A stretch of 63,152 nucleotides of DNA, counting the filler. It is 7 parts of 7 records of this genome, joined end to end, with 100 filler letters (N's around TTAATTAATTAA, not from the genome) between each part and the next. Parts side by side here need not be neighbours in the genome. Positions count along the whole stretch, not along the records: positions 46,686 to 55,097 come from DRR378314_918; positions 55,198 to 63,152 come from DRR378314_944; 5 more parts are not named here. One strand, given 5' to 3'. A program made the position numbers and the translations under genes. Below the pieces are notes generated by a model. That model saw only the letters and a list, made by a program, of their open reading frames with translations, did no database searches and had not been told where the DNA came from. Below are positions 49,373 to 59,071 of the stretch, piece after piece. Numbering within the stretch: the first letter of the stretch is position 1; the number at the start of each line of letters is the position of its first letter.

Positions 49373-50715
49373 TTGGCCTTGTTGATGCCAATAATTTTTA
49401 TGTTTCCTGCGAGCGCGTTTTTAACCCCGCGCTTGAAGGCAAACCCGTGGGGGTGATGTCGAATAACGATGGCTGTGTGATTGCCCGTTCGGCCGAAATG
49501 AAGGCCTTGGAAATTCCCATGGGCACTCCCTCTTTTCAGTTGGAAGGTTTGCGCCGACGGGGAGAGATTCACTTACTGTCATCTAACTACGAGCTATATG
49601 GCGACATGTCCGCACGGCTCGCCCAGCTACTGCGGGATGCCTGTCCAGACGTCGCGCCTTACTCTATTGATGAAATGTTTATCTACCTGGATGGCTTCAG
49701 CGACGCTCAATGCCAAGCGCTCGGGGAAGCTGTGCGCCGCCGTGTTCGCCGCTATTTAGGGCTACCCGTATGCGTAGGGCTGGCACCTACCCATACGCTA
49801 GCCAAGCTCGCTAATCACGTTGCCAAACAGCAGCCTCACTACCAAGGCGTCTGCCTACTCACTGCCAATAGCCCGACCACGATGGCGCTGCTTAAACAGC
49901 TGCCGGTGAATGACGTATGGGGCGTCGGCAGACGCTTAGCAGAACGACTTGCAGTGAGTGGTATTCGCGCGGCGTGGCAGTTGCGGGAGTGCGATCCAAA
50001 ACAGCTTCGCAAACGATTTTCAGTGGTGCTTGCACGCACAGTGTTAGAGCTACGTGGCACCTCCTGCTTGGAAATGAACGCACTAGAAGCGCCGCGTCAG
50101 CGTATTATGACATCACGCTCTTTTGGCCAAGCAACCGGGGTAAAAGCAGAGTTGCACGCAGCGCTGCGCCGCCATGCTCAGCGTAGTGCCGAAAAACTGC
50201 GCCAGCAGAAAAGCCTTACCCGCGCCGTGTTACTGTTTCTAAACACCAACCGCCATCGTAAAGACCAGCCTCAGCTTTCACCTAGCGCGATGATTCCCCT
50301 GGCATCGCCAAGTGACGATACCCGCATCATTTTAGAAGCCGTCCGCGAAGGGTTGGAACAGATGTATCGGCCGGGTTTTCAGTTTATCAAAGCCGGTGTC
50401 ATGCTATTGGACTTAGTCGATGCACAGCAGTATCAGCTTTCGCTGTTGCAGCCTTCACATAAAGCGCACCCGCACTTAATGAACACCGTTGACGCGATTA
50501 ACCAGCGCATGGGGCAAGGCACGATTCGTTTTGGAATGACAGAAGCGGAAGCACCGTGGCAGTTGCGCTGTGCACACCGCTCTAACCGTTACACCACCTG
50601 CTGGGACGAACTCATGGAAGCAGGTACTCACCCTGGCGCCATTGCAGCTGCCAGGGCGAAGCGTGAACAACAGCGGCTAGCGCGAGCGCAGCGCTTGGCG
50701 CAGCCGCGGGCTTAG
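49369..50715 (+). CDS. umuC: Y-family DNA polymerase V catalytic subunit UmuC
   Basis: DANNFYVSCERVF, SNNDGCVIARS, SSNYELYGDMS, YSIDE and C-terminal SNRYTTCWDEL. Confidence 0.95.
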   Translation: MIGLVDANNFYVSCERVFNPALEGKPVGVMSNNDGCVIARSAEMKALEIPMGTPSFQLEGLRRRGEIHLLSSNYELYGDMSARLAQLLRDACPDVAPYSIDEMFIYLDGFSDAQCQALGEAVRRRVRRYLGLPVCVGLAPTHTLAKLANHVAKQQPHYQGVCLLTANSPTTMALLKQLPVNDVWGVGRRLAERLAVSGIRAAWQLRECDPKQLRKRFSVVLARTVLELRGTSCLEMNALEAPRQRIMTSRSFGQATGVKAELHAALRRHAQRSAEKLRQQKSLTRAVLLFLNTNRHRKDQPQLSPSAMIPLASPSDDTRIILEAVREGLEQMYRPGFQFIKAGVMLLDLVDAQQYQLSLLQPSHKAHPHLMNTVDAINQRMGQGTIRFGMTEAEAPWQLRCAHRSNRYTTCWDELMEAGTHPGAIAAARAKREQQRLARAQRLAQPRA

Positions 50716-52140
50716 AGTCTCCCCCACTGCGACCATGACCAGCAAAACCGCTAGCAGCCACGGCCAATGCGCCGCGAACGAAACTTGGTAAAGCCCTAAG
50801 GCATCAGCAAAGATAACCAAAATACCCAACGGACTAACGTAGCGCACCATGGTCAGCCATAGCGTATAAGGCAACGGTGCGAGGCCCAGTTCGTCGCGGA
50901 AGGTTTCGCTTTTCAGCACAAATCCCGCCAACACGACCGTACCCAGGCCACCCAGCGGCATCATCCAGCGCGAGGTCAAATAATCCAGCCAGTCAAAGAA
51001 GTTTTTACCCGCCAGTGTCCAATCAGCGCCCAGGTTAAACGATAGCATCGCCAGCGTGCTGATCAGCCATAGCACGATGCCCGTCGCCCAAGAGGCCGAT
51101 TTACGGTTCATGCCTTTGTTGTCGCATAACCACGACACCGTGGCTTCCACCATCGAAATAGACGAGGTCAGCGCCGCCATCGAGAGCATCAAGAAAAACA
51201 GAATACCAAATAGGGTGCCCATGGGCATCGCCTGGAAGGCCAATGGCAAGCTCATAAAGATAAGCCCCGGCCCTTCGCCAGGATTCATCCCGTTAGCAAA
51301 AATGACCGGGAAGATCGCCAGCCCCGCCATTAGCGCAACGACGGTATCAGCAATGGCCACGCTTATCGTGGTACGCCCAATGGATGCACCTTTGGGCAAG
51401 TAGCTACCGTAGGTCAGAATCGCACCGGATGCCAACGACAAGGTGAAAAAGGCATGGCCCAACGCCGCCAGCATGCCTTCACTGGAGAGGCTTCCCGCGT
51501 TGAACGAGAACAAGAAACTCACTGCCTCGCCAAACCCACCGGAAAACACCCCGAAGATAATCAGCAGAATGAGCATGAGCACCAGCCCGGGCATCATCCA
51601 ACTGACGTTTTTCTCGATACCTTCCTGAACGCCTTTGCCCACAATCACCATGGTCAGCACTGCCACCAGGGTGCTCCAACCGCCCAGAATAAACGGGTTG
51701 GCATTATTGGCTCCAAAGACCGCCGCCATGTCATCAACGCTACTGCCTGCGAGGCCACCGGTGAGCATTTTCCATAAATAGGAGAACGACCAACCTGCGA
51801 CCACGACATAAAACGACAGAATCATAAAGCCGCAAAGCATCGCCATCCAACCAATCAGCGACCAGGCAGAAGAGCGGCCAGACTCATTGACGACACGCCG
51901 TATCGCATCAATCGGGCTGCCGCGCCCACGCCGACCAAAGGCAATTTCGGTCATCATCACTGGAACGCCAACGGCTAAAATGCACGCCAGATACACCAGC
52001 ACAAAGGCCCCACCACCATACTCCCCGGTGATATAGGGGAATTTCCAAATATTGCCCAGCCCCACCGCCGAACCGGTGGCTGCCAGCATAAAGCCCCAGC
52101 GGCCCAGCCACTGAGTGCGAGGTTGCCCAGAAGACGCCAT
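50677..52140 (-). CDS. Sodium-dependent transporter, NSS/SLC6 family
   Basis: GSAVGLGNIWKFPY, GGGAFVLVY, AFFTLSL, GPGLIF and AALTSSIS, with many TM helices. Confidence 0.95.
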   Translation of the reverse strand: MASSGQPRTQWLGRWGFMLAATGSAVGLGNIWKFPYITGEYGGGAFVLVYLACILAVGVPVMMTEIAFGRRGRGSPIDAIRRVVNESGRSSAWSLIGWMAMLCGFMILSFYVVVAGWSFSYLWKMLTGGLAGSSVDDMAAVFGANNANPFILGGWSTLVAVLTMVIVGKGVQEGIEKNVSWMMPGLVLMLILLIIFGVFSGGFGEAVSFLFSFNAGSLSSEGMLAALGHAFFTLSLASGAILTYGSYLPKGASIGRTTISVAIADTVVALMAGLAIFPVIFANGMNPGEGPGLIFMSLPLAFQAMPMGTLFGILFFLMLSMAALTSSISMVEATVSWLCDNKGMNRKSASWATGIVLWLISTLAMLSFNLGADWTLAGKNFFDWLDYLTSRWMMPLGGLGTVVLAGFVLKSETFRDELGLAPLPYTLWLTMVRYVSPLGILVIFADALGLYQVSFAAHWPWLLAVLLVMVAVGETLSPRLRQALRSR

Positions 52141-52297
52141 GACCTTCCACCTTGTCAGAAAAAAGCGCCTATCCTAGAGGATTTTATAACCAAAGCCCAA
52201 AATTCTTGTCTCACTCGGCGAACCAGCCATGCACATCTGAAGCAAGAATCTGGCAGACTAGTAAGCGATGAACACCACCCAACGGAGAGTGCTTAAC

Positions 52298-53581
52298 ATG
52301 AGCGACAGCGCCAAACCCTGGACGCAACCCATGCCCGACGCGCAGTTCAACATCATGCGCGATATTCTTGCCGCCCCTAGCCCGGTAGGCCTGGAAGGCG
52401 CCATGACCTACGGCGTACTGAAGCCCTACTTTGAAAGCTTCGCACCCAGCGGCTGGCATCTGCATCAATTTAAAGGCAATGCTGGCGTGGTACTGGACAC
52501 CCACCCTGATCGCGATGACATGTTCAAAGTGATGATCATCGGCCATGCAGACAAAATCCGCATGCAGGTTCGCTCGATTGGCGAAGACGGCAAGATCTGG
52601 ATCAACACTGACTCCTTCTTGCCGACTGTGCTTATCGGCCATGAAGTGAAGCTATTCAGCGAAGATCCTGACGCTCCCGGCAGCTATCGCTGCATCCAAG
52701 GCGGTACAGTAGAAGCCTTGGGCGCTATTCACTTTTCTGATCCTGCACAACGCGATGGCAGCAAAGGTATCAAAAAAGAGCAGATCTACCTGGACCTGCA
52801 AATCCACGGCGAAAATAAAAAGCAGCAAGTGCTGAATTTAGGCGTTCGCCCGGGTGACTCCATTATTTTCGACCGCCCCATTCGCCCTGGTTTTAGCCCG
52901 AACACCTTCTACGGCGCTTACCTGGATAATGGCTTGGGCTGCTTTGTTACCGCAGAAGTAGCGAAGTTAATCGCAGAAGCCGGCGGTACTGAAAACGTAC
53001 GCGTGCTGTTTGCCATTGCCAGCTACGAAGAAATTGGCCGTTTCGGCAGCCGCGTATTGGCTGGCGAACTAAAGCCAGACGCGCTGATTGGCGTAGACGT
53101 TAACCACGACTACGTAGCCGCCCCCGGTATTGGCGACAAGCGCATGCAGCCGCTAGAAATGGGCAAAGGCTTCACGATGTCCGTAGGCTCGATTGCCAGC
53201 GAACAGCTCAACCGCATTATCGCCAGCGCCGCCAAAGAGCAGGATATTCCCCTGCAGCGGGACATCGTGGGCGTGGATACGGGTACTGACGGCATGGCAG
53301 GCGTGCTGGCCTCTATTGATAGCGCAGCTACCTCAATAGGCTTCCCGATTCGCAACATGCACACTATTTCCGAAACCGGCAACACCCAGGATGTGCTCGC
53401 AGCAATTCACGCGCTGACCCACACCTTAAAAGCACTGGATGCCCTACCCGACCTGCAGCGGGAATTCCTGGACAACCACCCACGGCTTGACCAGGCCAGC
53501 CCGCTTAGCCATCAGGGTAGCGACAAGCCTGATACTGATGAAGACAAAAAAGCCTCAAAGCCAAAAAAAGCGAAGAAGTAG
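52298..53581 (+). CDS. M42-family metallo-aminopeptidase
   Basis: GHADKI, AYLDNGLG, SYEEIG, GVDV, GTDG and RNMHT. The start is placed at ATG 52298, after GGAG. Confidence 0.88.
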   Translation: MSDSAKPWTQPMPDAQFNIMRDILAAPSPVGLEGAMTYGVLKPYFESFAPSGWHLHQFKGNAGVVLDTHPDRDDMFKVMIIGHADKIRMQVRSIGEDGKIWINTDSFLPTVLIGHEVKLFSEDPDAPGSYRCIQGGTVEALGAIHFSDPAQRDGSKGIKKEQIYLDLQIHGENKKQQVLNLGVRPGDSIIFDRPIRPGFSPNTFYGAYLDNGLGCFVTAEVAKLIAEAGGTENVRVLFAIASYEEIGRFGSRVLAGELKPDALIGVDVNHDYVAAPGIGDKRMQPLEMGKGFTMSVGSIASEQLNRIIASAAKEQDIPLQRDIVGVDTGTDGMAGVLASIDSAATSIGFPIRNMHTISETGNTQDVLAAIHALTHTLKALDALPDLQREFLDNHPRLDQASPLSHQGSDKPDTDEDKKASKPKKAKK

Positions 53582-53624
53582 CGAAGAGAGGTAGTGAAGA
53601 ACGAGTGTAGCCAAGTACTAGCGT

Positions 53625-53768
53625 AAAAAAACCCCGGCCATTCCTGGCCGGGGTAGTAGTATTTCCTCCGTAATCCTTCTTCACGAACGTCCTGTTCGTG
53701 CATCCGTGGTTTAACAAGCCTTCCTGCTTGGTCGTCCCTAACACCTTTCCCTGTGTTTACCTACCTTG
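53625..53768 (-). ncRNA. Putative CsrB/RsmXYZ-type sRNA, copy A
   Basis: The minus strand has 9 GGA motifs, several in hairpin loops (acac-AGGGAaag-gtgt, aagc-AGGAag-gctt, cacgaac-AGGAc-gttcgtg). It ends in a CCCCGGCCA/UGGCCGGGG-U7 intrinsic terminator. The 5' end is approximate. Confidence 0.75.
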
Positions 53769-53980
53769 AACCTCATATATGTCAAAAACATTAACCTGGG
53801 ATATCAAAACATAAGTTTTTTTAAATTTTTATACTACCCGTTTATAAACAGATAGCTGCTTATATAAATGGCGAACTAGCCGTTTGCTGTTTATACTTTT
53901 TAAGCATCGTCACGGATGCACCTCTACACGGAACGTTACCACGACTGAACCCATTAACTCCCTTACGTTAGGAGGTCAGC

Positions 53981-54196
53981 GTGAGACATATCATGATTAG
54001 CCCGACAGTCTACGGTGTGGATATTATTTGCCGTCATTGCGGCAACGCGGAATCCTCGAAAACGTCGTACCTAAAACGATTTCGCCTTGAGGGCACCGGC
54101 AAAGACAGCGCTACACTACGCTGCATGAATTGCCAAACGGCGGTATCCACACCAATGAGCAAACTCAGCGCACTGTTTTATCATCACGCTTGTTAG
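53981..54196 (+). CDS. Small zinc-ribbon-like protein (CxxC...CxxC), 71 aa
   Basis: AGGAGG RBS before the GTG, CRHC and CMNC pairs, and a bidirectional terminator downstream. Confidence 0.7.
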   Translation: MRHIMISPTVYGVDIICRHCGNAESSKTSYLKRFRLEGTGKDSATLRCMNCQTAVSTPMSKLSALFYHHAC

Positions 54197-54217
54197 TCAG
54201 CAGTGCCGTTTGCCCAT

Positions 54218-54252
54218 AAAAAAACCCCGACCATCGCACTGGCCGGGGTTTT
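54218..54252. terminator. Bidirectional intrinsic terminator
   Basis: A7-CCCCGACCA-loop-TGGCCGGGG-T4. It can end both the plus-strand small ORF and minus-strand sRNA copy B. Confidence 0.8.
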
Positions 54253-54367
54253 ATCAGGTCCTCCTTGATTTTTCTTCACGAACCTCCTGTTCATGCGTCC
54301 TTGTGCACCACAAGCACTCCCTGCTTGCACTTCCTTGTAGCGCTATCCCTGCGCTATGTGTGCACAG
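54218..54367 (-). ncRNA. Putative CsrB/RsmXYZ-type sRNA, copy B (paralog of copy A)
   Basis: The minus strand has 7 GGA motifs, with hairpins tagcgc-AGGGAta-gcgcta, caagc-AGGGAgt-gcttg and catgaac-AGGAg-gttcgtg, then a U7 terminator. It is colinear with copy A. Confidence 0.75.
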
Positions 54368-54516
54368 TGCGCCCTATAGCCGTTGAGTTATCTAACCTAA
54401 GCTATGAAACAGAAAATAGTTTCAATTCATGGACCACGCAGGTCTCTAGAGCGCTTGCAGTAGTTTGAAACAAAAACATACAATCACGCAGGTTTGAACA
54501 ATTTAAAGGACACCCC

Positions 54517-55097
54517 GTGACGACTCTCGTTTCTCGCGCGACCCAAAGCACTTCTAACTATAAGTACTTCACCCCCTGGCTAGCAGCGGCTTTCATTAGC
54601 ATCGCATTCGCTGCCCCCGCATTGGGGGACAGCTGGGAAGGCAGTATAGGCGCAGGCGTAACCTACTCACCTGACTACCTGGGCAGCGACGACTATGAAA
54701 CACAAGCGTGGCCTGTCCTTAACCTGACGTACGGCGACCAGCTCTCAATCAATGTGCGCGACGGTATTGAGTGGCACGCTATCCGTAGCGGAAACTGGAC
54801 CGCCTCTCCGTTCATTGGCTACACCTTTGGGCGAGACAATAAGGGCGATATCAGCCGGTTTGAAAAAGTCGATGACGGAGCCACGTTAGGCTTGCGGATT
54901 AGCTATCAGCAAGGGTTCTGGCGCTATAGCGTTGCAGGCAGCACGCCGGTAAGCGGCGACGTTGAAGGCGCGAAATTTTCAGCCAATGCTGTTATGCGTA
55001 TGCCGGTTAGCGAACGGACATTCTTCACGCTATCGCCCAGCGTTACCTATTCAAACGAGAAGTGGACCGAGTCGCTGTTTGGCGTATCAATGCAAGA
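54517..55097 (+). CDS. MipA/OmpV-family outer-membrane protein, 3'-truncated
   Basis: A signal peptide ending APALG, then GAGVTYSPDYLGSDDY (a MipA-like P-Y-GS motif) and alternating beta-strands. Confidence 0.8.
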
Positions 55098-55197
55098 NNN
55101 NNNNNNNNNNNNNNNNNNNNNNNNNNNNNNNNNNNNNNNNNTTAATTAATTAANNNNNNNNNNNNNNNNNNNNNNNNNNNNNNNNNNNNNNNNNNNN
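55098..55197. other. Artificial contig linker
   Basis: Same 100-nt pattern. Confidence 0.99.
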
Positions 55198-55584
55198 GCG
55201 AGCTAGCTCGCCTTCCCAGTCGATATCCAGATCAAAGAGCAGGTCGCGGGTGGCTTCCAAGAGGTGGATACGGCCACGCACAGAAAGCTTGCCATCAAAC
55301 ATCAACCGCTCAATGGAGGCACCACTTAACCACTCAGAGAGCGTTTCAGGAGTGAGCTCGACGATGGCGTCGACGTCAGTTTCGTCTAGATCATCGCCAC
55401 GCAGCAGATCAATCCCCGCATGGTGATAGTGCAGCACCAACTGAAGGTGAGGCTTTTCAAGCCTTACCAGTAGTCGACTCCCTGCTAGCGCAGACAAGCG
55501 CGCAGGCGCAGCCGGATCACGGGCAAGCAAGGCATTCAACGTGCGTTCACATCCGGCCAGCAACAGGGTCGGGGTGACTAGCAT
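55198..55584 (-). CDS. ubiJ: Ubiquinone biosynthesis accessory factor UbiJ (SCP2 domain), 3'-truncated
   Basis: Downstream of ubiE. LNALLARDP and LDIDWEGELAR (DWEE-like motif). Confidence 0.85.
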
Positions 55585-55606
55585 GCTGACCTCATTGTCG
55601 GTGAGT

Positions 55607-56362
55607 TCATAATTTAATGCCGCGGTGAAGGGCAACGATACCGCCGGTCAGGTTGGTATATTCAACCCGATCAAGCCCTGCCGTTTCCATCATGCCTTTC
55701 AGGGTTTCCTGGTCGGGATGCATGCGAATAGATTCGGCGAGGTAGCGATAACTCTCACCGTCTCCAGCCACTAGTTCGCCCATTTTAGGCAGAAAGCGGA
55801 AGGAGTACTCATCGTAGGCTTTCGACAGCAGCGCGCTATTTGGCTTTGAAAACTCAAGCACTAGCAACCGTCCGCCGGGCTTAAGCACGCGTGTCATAGA
55901 GCGCAGTGCAGCGTCTTTGTCGGTGACGTTGCGCAGTCCGAAGGCAATCGTAATACAGTCAAAACTGTTGTCCGGAAATGGCAGGCACTCGGCGTTGGCT
56001 TGTACATACTCAACGTTGCCACCGACGCCATTATCCATCAGTTTGTCGCGGCCAACGTTGAGCATGGAGGCGTTAATGTCAGCCAATACCACTTTGCCAC
56101 GCGGGCCAACCAGACGAGAGAATTTGAGCGTTAAATCGCCAGTGCCGCCAGCAATATCCAGCACGTGGTGCCCAGGACGAACGCCTGCGCGCTCAATAGC
56201 AAGGCGTTTCCAGACGCGATGGATGCCCATAGACATCAGGTCATTCATGATGTCATAGCGCGCAGCTACCGAATGAAAGACATCGGCAACACGAGACGCT
56301 TTTTCGTCAACTGCGACTTCCTGATAACCAAAATGGGTGGTGCGTTTTTCAGTGGGGCTCAT
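55607..56362 (-). CDS. ubiE: Ubiquinone/menaquinone C-methyltransferase
   Basis: [33 protein letters not shown] and [12 protein letters not shown]. Confidence 0.97.
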   Translation of the reverse strand: MSPTEKRTTHFGYQEVAVDEKASRVADVFHSVAARYDIMNDLMSMGIHRVWKRLAIERAGVRPGHHVLDIAGGTGDLTLKFSRLVGPRGKVVLADINASMLNVGRDKLMDNGVGGNVEYVQANAECLPFPDNSFDCITIAFGLRNVTDKDAALRSMTRVLKPGGRLLVLEFSKPNSALLSKAYDEYSFRFLPKMGELVAGDGESYRYLAESIRMHPDQETLKGMMETAGLDRVEYTNLTGGIVALHRGIKL

Positions 56363-56483
56363 GGGGCTCTAGCTCCCGAGTTCGAGGCGGTAATAGTCGA
56401 CCAAAAGGTCGTCGCAATAAATGGTTAGCGACATTGTAGCCTTCTCACCCCCAACTTGTCTGCGCTTCAACTGAGGTGAAGCG

Positions 56484-56885
56484 TCACAGCTGTTTGAATT
56501 GGATGCTGGCTGGTTCGCGGGAGGCGCCGGCCTCTTCGAGGCGTTGTAGGTAGTTTTGCCAATAATCTGTTTGGTGCTGAGCTAAGTCGTAAAGATAGTT
56601 CCAGCTGTAAAGGCCGCTGTCGTGGCCGTCGTCAAAATGCAATTTCAGAGCGTAATTGCCGGCTTGGGTAATATTTTGCAGGCCGACATCTTTTTTACCC
56701 ACTTGCAGCACGGCAGTATCGCCGCCGTGGCCACGCACTTCGGCTGAAGGTGAGTAGACCCGTAAAAGTTCGACAGGCAGCCGAAAGTTTTCACCCGTGG
56801 CGTAGCCAAGTTCTAGCTCGCGAGCCTGCTTATGGTAGTGAACCCGCGTTGGAGTGGGGGCATTAGTAGAAGTAGGGGCATTCAT
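56484..56885 (-). CDS. DUF971 / gamma-butyrobetaine-hydroxylase-like N-terminal domain protein
   Basis: ELLRVYSPSAEVRGHG, GNYAL...FDDGHDSGLYSW, and its usual position between hslU and ubiE. Confidence 0.88.
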   Translation of the reverse strand: MNAPTSTNAPTPTRVHYHKQARELELGYATGENFRLPVELLRVYSPSAEVRGHGGDTAVLQVGKKDVGLQNITQAGNYALKLHFDDGHDSGLYSWNYLYDLAQHQTDYWQNYLQRLEEAGASREPASIQFKQL

Positions 56886-56945
56886 GGATTACGTCACCTT
56901 TTACGATATTGAGCTAAAGCGGATTGACCGACTATTTGCGCCTTA

Positions 56946-57071
56946 GCAAATGCGTGAAGGCAAGCGCCACGGCTAACGTTTGATCGACAGGACGTCGATC
57001 AAGCACGAGCAACATGGATTTGTTCTCGTGCGTAACGTTAGACGCAGCGCAGCCTGAACAGCAGCATTTGC
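56946..57071. repeat. 126-nt branched extragenic palindrome with two GGA-loop hairpins
   Basis: Nested inverted repeats GCAAATGC/GCATTTGC, AGGC/GCCT, GCGC/GCGC and CTAACGTT/AACGTTAG enclose TGATCGAC-AGGAC-GTCGATCA and GCACGAG..ATGGA..CTCGTGC. Confidence 0.75.
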
Positions 57072-57121
57072 GTGCGTAAAAAGCGGGCAAGCTGCTGCGG
57101 GCTATACCGATATAAGCGCGT

Positions 57122-58444
57122 TTACAAAATATAGCGCGATAGGTCTTCGTCTACTGCTAGCTCACCCAGTTGGGCATTGACGTAATCGGCATCGATGACC
57201 AGCGGGCTATCCATGTCGCCGCCTTTAAATGAGGCTTCTTCGAGCAGCCGTTCCAGCACTGTATGTAGACGGCGAGCACCAATATTCTCGGTGCCTTCGT
57301 TCACCTGCCAGGAAATCTCGGCAATACGCTCGATACCGTCTGGAGTGAACTCGATATCCAGCCCTTCGGTAGCCAGCAGTGCTTGATACTGCTTGGTGAG
57401 CGAGGCGGAGGGCTCGGTGAGAATCCGCTGGAAATCGCCGGGGGTCAGCGCATCCAGCTCAACACGGATCGGCAAGCGTCCTTGTAGCTCTGGAATAAGG
57501 TCCGAGGGACGCGATAGATGGAAGGCACCCGAAGCAATAAACAGGATATGATCGGTTTTGACCATGCCGTATTTGGTTGACACGGTAGAACCTTCGATTA
57601 ACGGCAATAGGTCTCGCTGAACGCCTTCGCGGGAGACTTCGCCGCCGCTAGACTGGCCGCTACCTTTGGCAACTTTGTCAATCTCATCCAGGAAGACAAT
57701 CCCATGCTGCTCGACGGCTTCGACAGCGCGGGCTTTGATCTCTTCTTCATTGACCAGCTTGCCCGCTTCTTCATCGCGCAGCAGAACCAGTGCTTCTTTC
57801 ACCGTTACACGGCGCTGCTCACGCTTTTGTTGGCCCATGTTGGAGAACAGGCTCTGTAGCTGGTTGGTCATCTCCTCCATGCCCGGCGGCGTCATTATGT
57901 CGATGCCTTGCCCGTGGGAGGAAACTTCGATATCGATCTCTTTATCATCCAGCTGACCTTCCCGAAGCTTTTTGCGGAAGGTTTGACGCGTACCACTATC
58001 TTCCCGAGGCTTATCTTCCTGACCGCGGGGCGGTGGTAGCAGTGCATCTAGAACGCGATCTTCAGCGGCATCTTCAGCGCGATGGCCGACTTCTTCCTTC
58101 GCGTATTCACGCACCATTTTGATGGCGGCTTCCATCAAGTCGCGAATAATCGACTCAACGTCTCGGCCTACATAGCCCACTTCGGTAAATTTAGTCGCCT
58201 CGACCTTGATGAAGGGCGCTCTGGCTAGCTTGGCGAGGCGGCGAGCAATTTCAGTTTTACCCACGCCGGTAGGGCCAATCATCAGAATATTCTTTGGAGT
58301 CACTTCCGGGCGCAACTCATCGTCTAGTTGCATGCGACGCCAGCGGTTACGCAGGGCAATGGCCACGGCGCGCTTGGCATCTTGTTGACCAATGATGTAT
58401 TGATCCAGGGCGTGGACGATTTCGCGGGGTGTCATCTGAGTCAT
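57122..58444 (-). CDS. hslU: ATP-dependent protease ATPase subunit HslU
   Basis: [26 protein letters not shown] pore loop, DEIDK and NIGARRL. Confidence 0.98.
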   Translation of the reverse strand: MTQMTPREIVHALDQYIIGQQDAKRAVAIALRNRWRRMQLDDELRPEVTPKNILMIGPTGVGKTEIARRLAKLARAPFIKVEATKFTEVGYVGRDVESIIRDLMEAAIKMVREYAKEEVGHRAEDAAEDRVLDALLPPPRGQEDKPREDSGTRQTFRKKLREGQLDDKEIDIEVSSHGQGIDIMTPPGMEEMTNQLQSLFSNMGQQKREQRRVTVKEALVLLRDEEAGKLVNEEEIKARAVEAVEQHGIVFLDEIDKVAKGSGQSSGGEVSREGVQRDLLPLIEGSTVSTKYGMVKTDHILFIASGAFHLSRPSDLIPELQGRLPIRVELDALTPGDFQRILTEPSASLTKQYQALLATEGLDIEFTPDGIERIAEISWQVNEGTENIGARRLHTVLERLLEEASFKGGDMDSPLVIDADYVNAQLGELAVDEDLSRYIL

Positions 58445-58454
58445 AAAAAGGGCC

Positions 58455-58988
58455 TCAACGGTCGTTGATGTTCAGCTCTTCGAGCGTCACGTGGTGATTG
58501 GTAAATACGCAGATGTCGCCGGCGATTTCGAGAGACTTTTCAGTGATTTCACGAGCAGAAAGCTCGGTGTTTTCCAATAGTGCGCGGGCACTTGCCTGGG
58601 CAAAGTTGCCGCCAGAGCCAATAGCAATAATGCCGCGTTCAGGCTCAACCACATCACCGTTACCGGTAATAATTAGCGAGGCACTGTGGTCCGCCACGGC
58701 CAGTAGCGCTTCCAGGCGGCGCAGTGCTCGATCGGTGCGCCAATCTTTGGCCAACTCAACCGCTGCTTTGGTGAGGTGTCCTTGGTATTTTTCTAACTGC
58801 GCTTCAAAACGCTCAAACAGGGTGAAGGCATCGGCGGTGCCGCCAGCAAAACCAGCGAGTACTTTGCCACGATACAGGCGGCGTACTTTACTCGCGTTGC
58901 CTTTCATTACGGTGTTGCCCAGAGATACTTGGCCGTCGCCTGCAAGGGCAACCTGATTACCGCGGCGTACGGATACAATAGTGGTCAT
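58455..58988 (-). CDS. hslV: ATP-dependent protease peptidase subunit HslV
   Basis: N-terminal Thr in [17 protein letters not shown] and GSGG. GGAG RBS before ATG 58988. Confidence 0.98.
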   Translation of the reverse strand: MTTIVSVRRGNQVALAGDGQVSLGNTVMKGNASKVRRLYRGKVLAGFAGGTADAFTLFERFEAQLEKYQGHLTKAAVELAKDWRTDRALRRLEALLAVADHSASLIITGNGDVVEPERGIIAIGSGGNFAQASARALLENTELSAREITEKSLEIAGDICVFTNHHVTLEELNINDR

Positions 58989-59071
58989 GGAGATAACTCC
59001 TTGGGGGAGACACATGCTCCCGATGACTGATCGGCCATTTTGAAAGACCGTATAAAAAGCGATTCACAACA

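Noticed and set aside
53810-53835. GacA/UvrY box upstream of sRNA copy A
   Set aside because: Only a weak half-site (CATAAG) in an AT tract, without the TGTAAG-N6-CTTACA spacing.
53505-54468. ORFs 53505-53744, 53512-53703 and 54265-54468 as proteins
   Set aside because: They overlap the GGA-hairpin and terminator units, which are better explained as RNA structure, and the two paralogous units share no conserved reading frame that I could see.
9284-55197. Recurring TTAATTAATTAA as a biological repeat or CRISPR-like element
   Set aside because: It always sits in an exact N44/N44 frame and cuts genes. It is an assembly linker.
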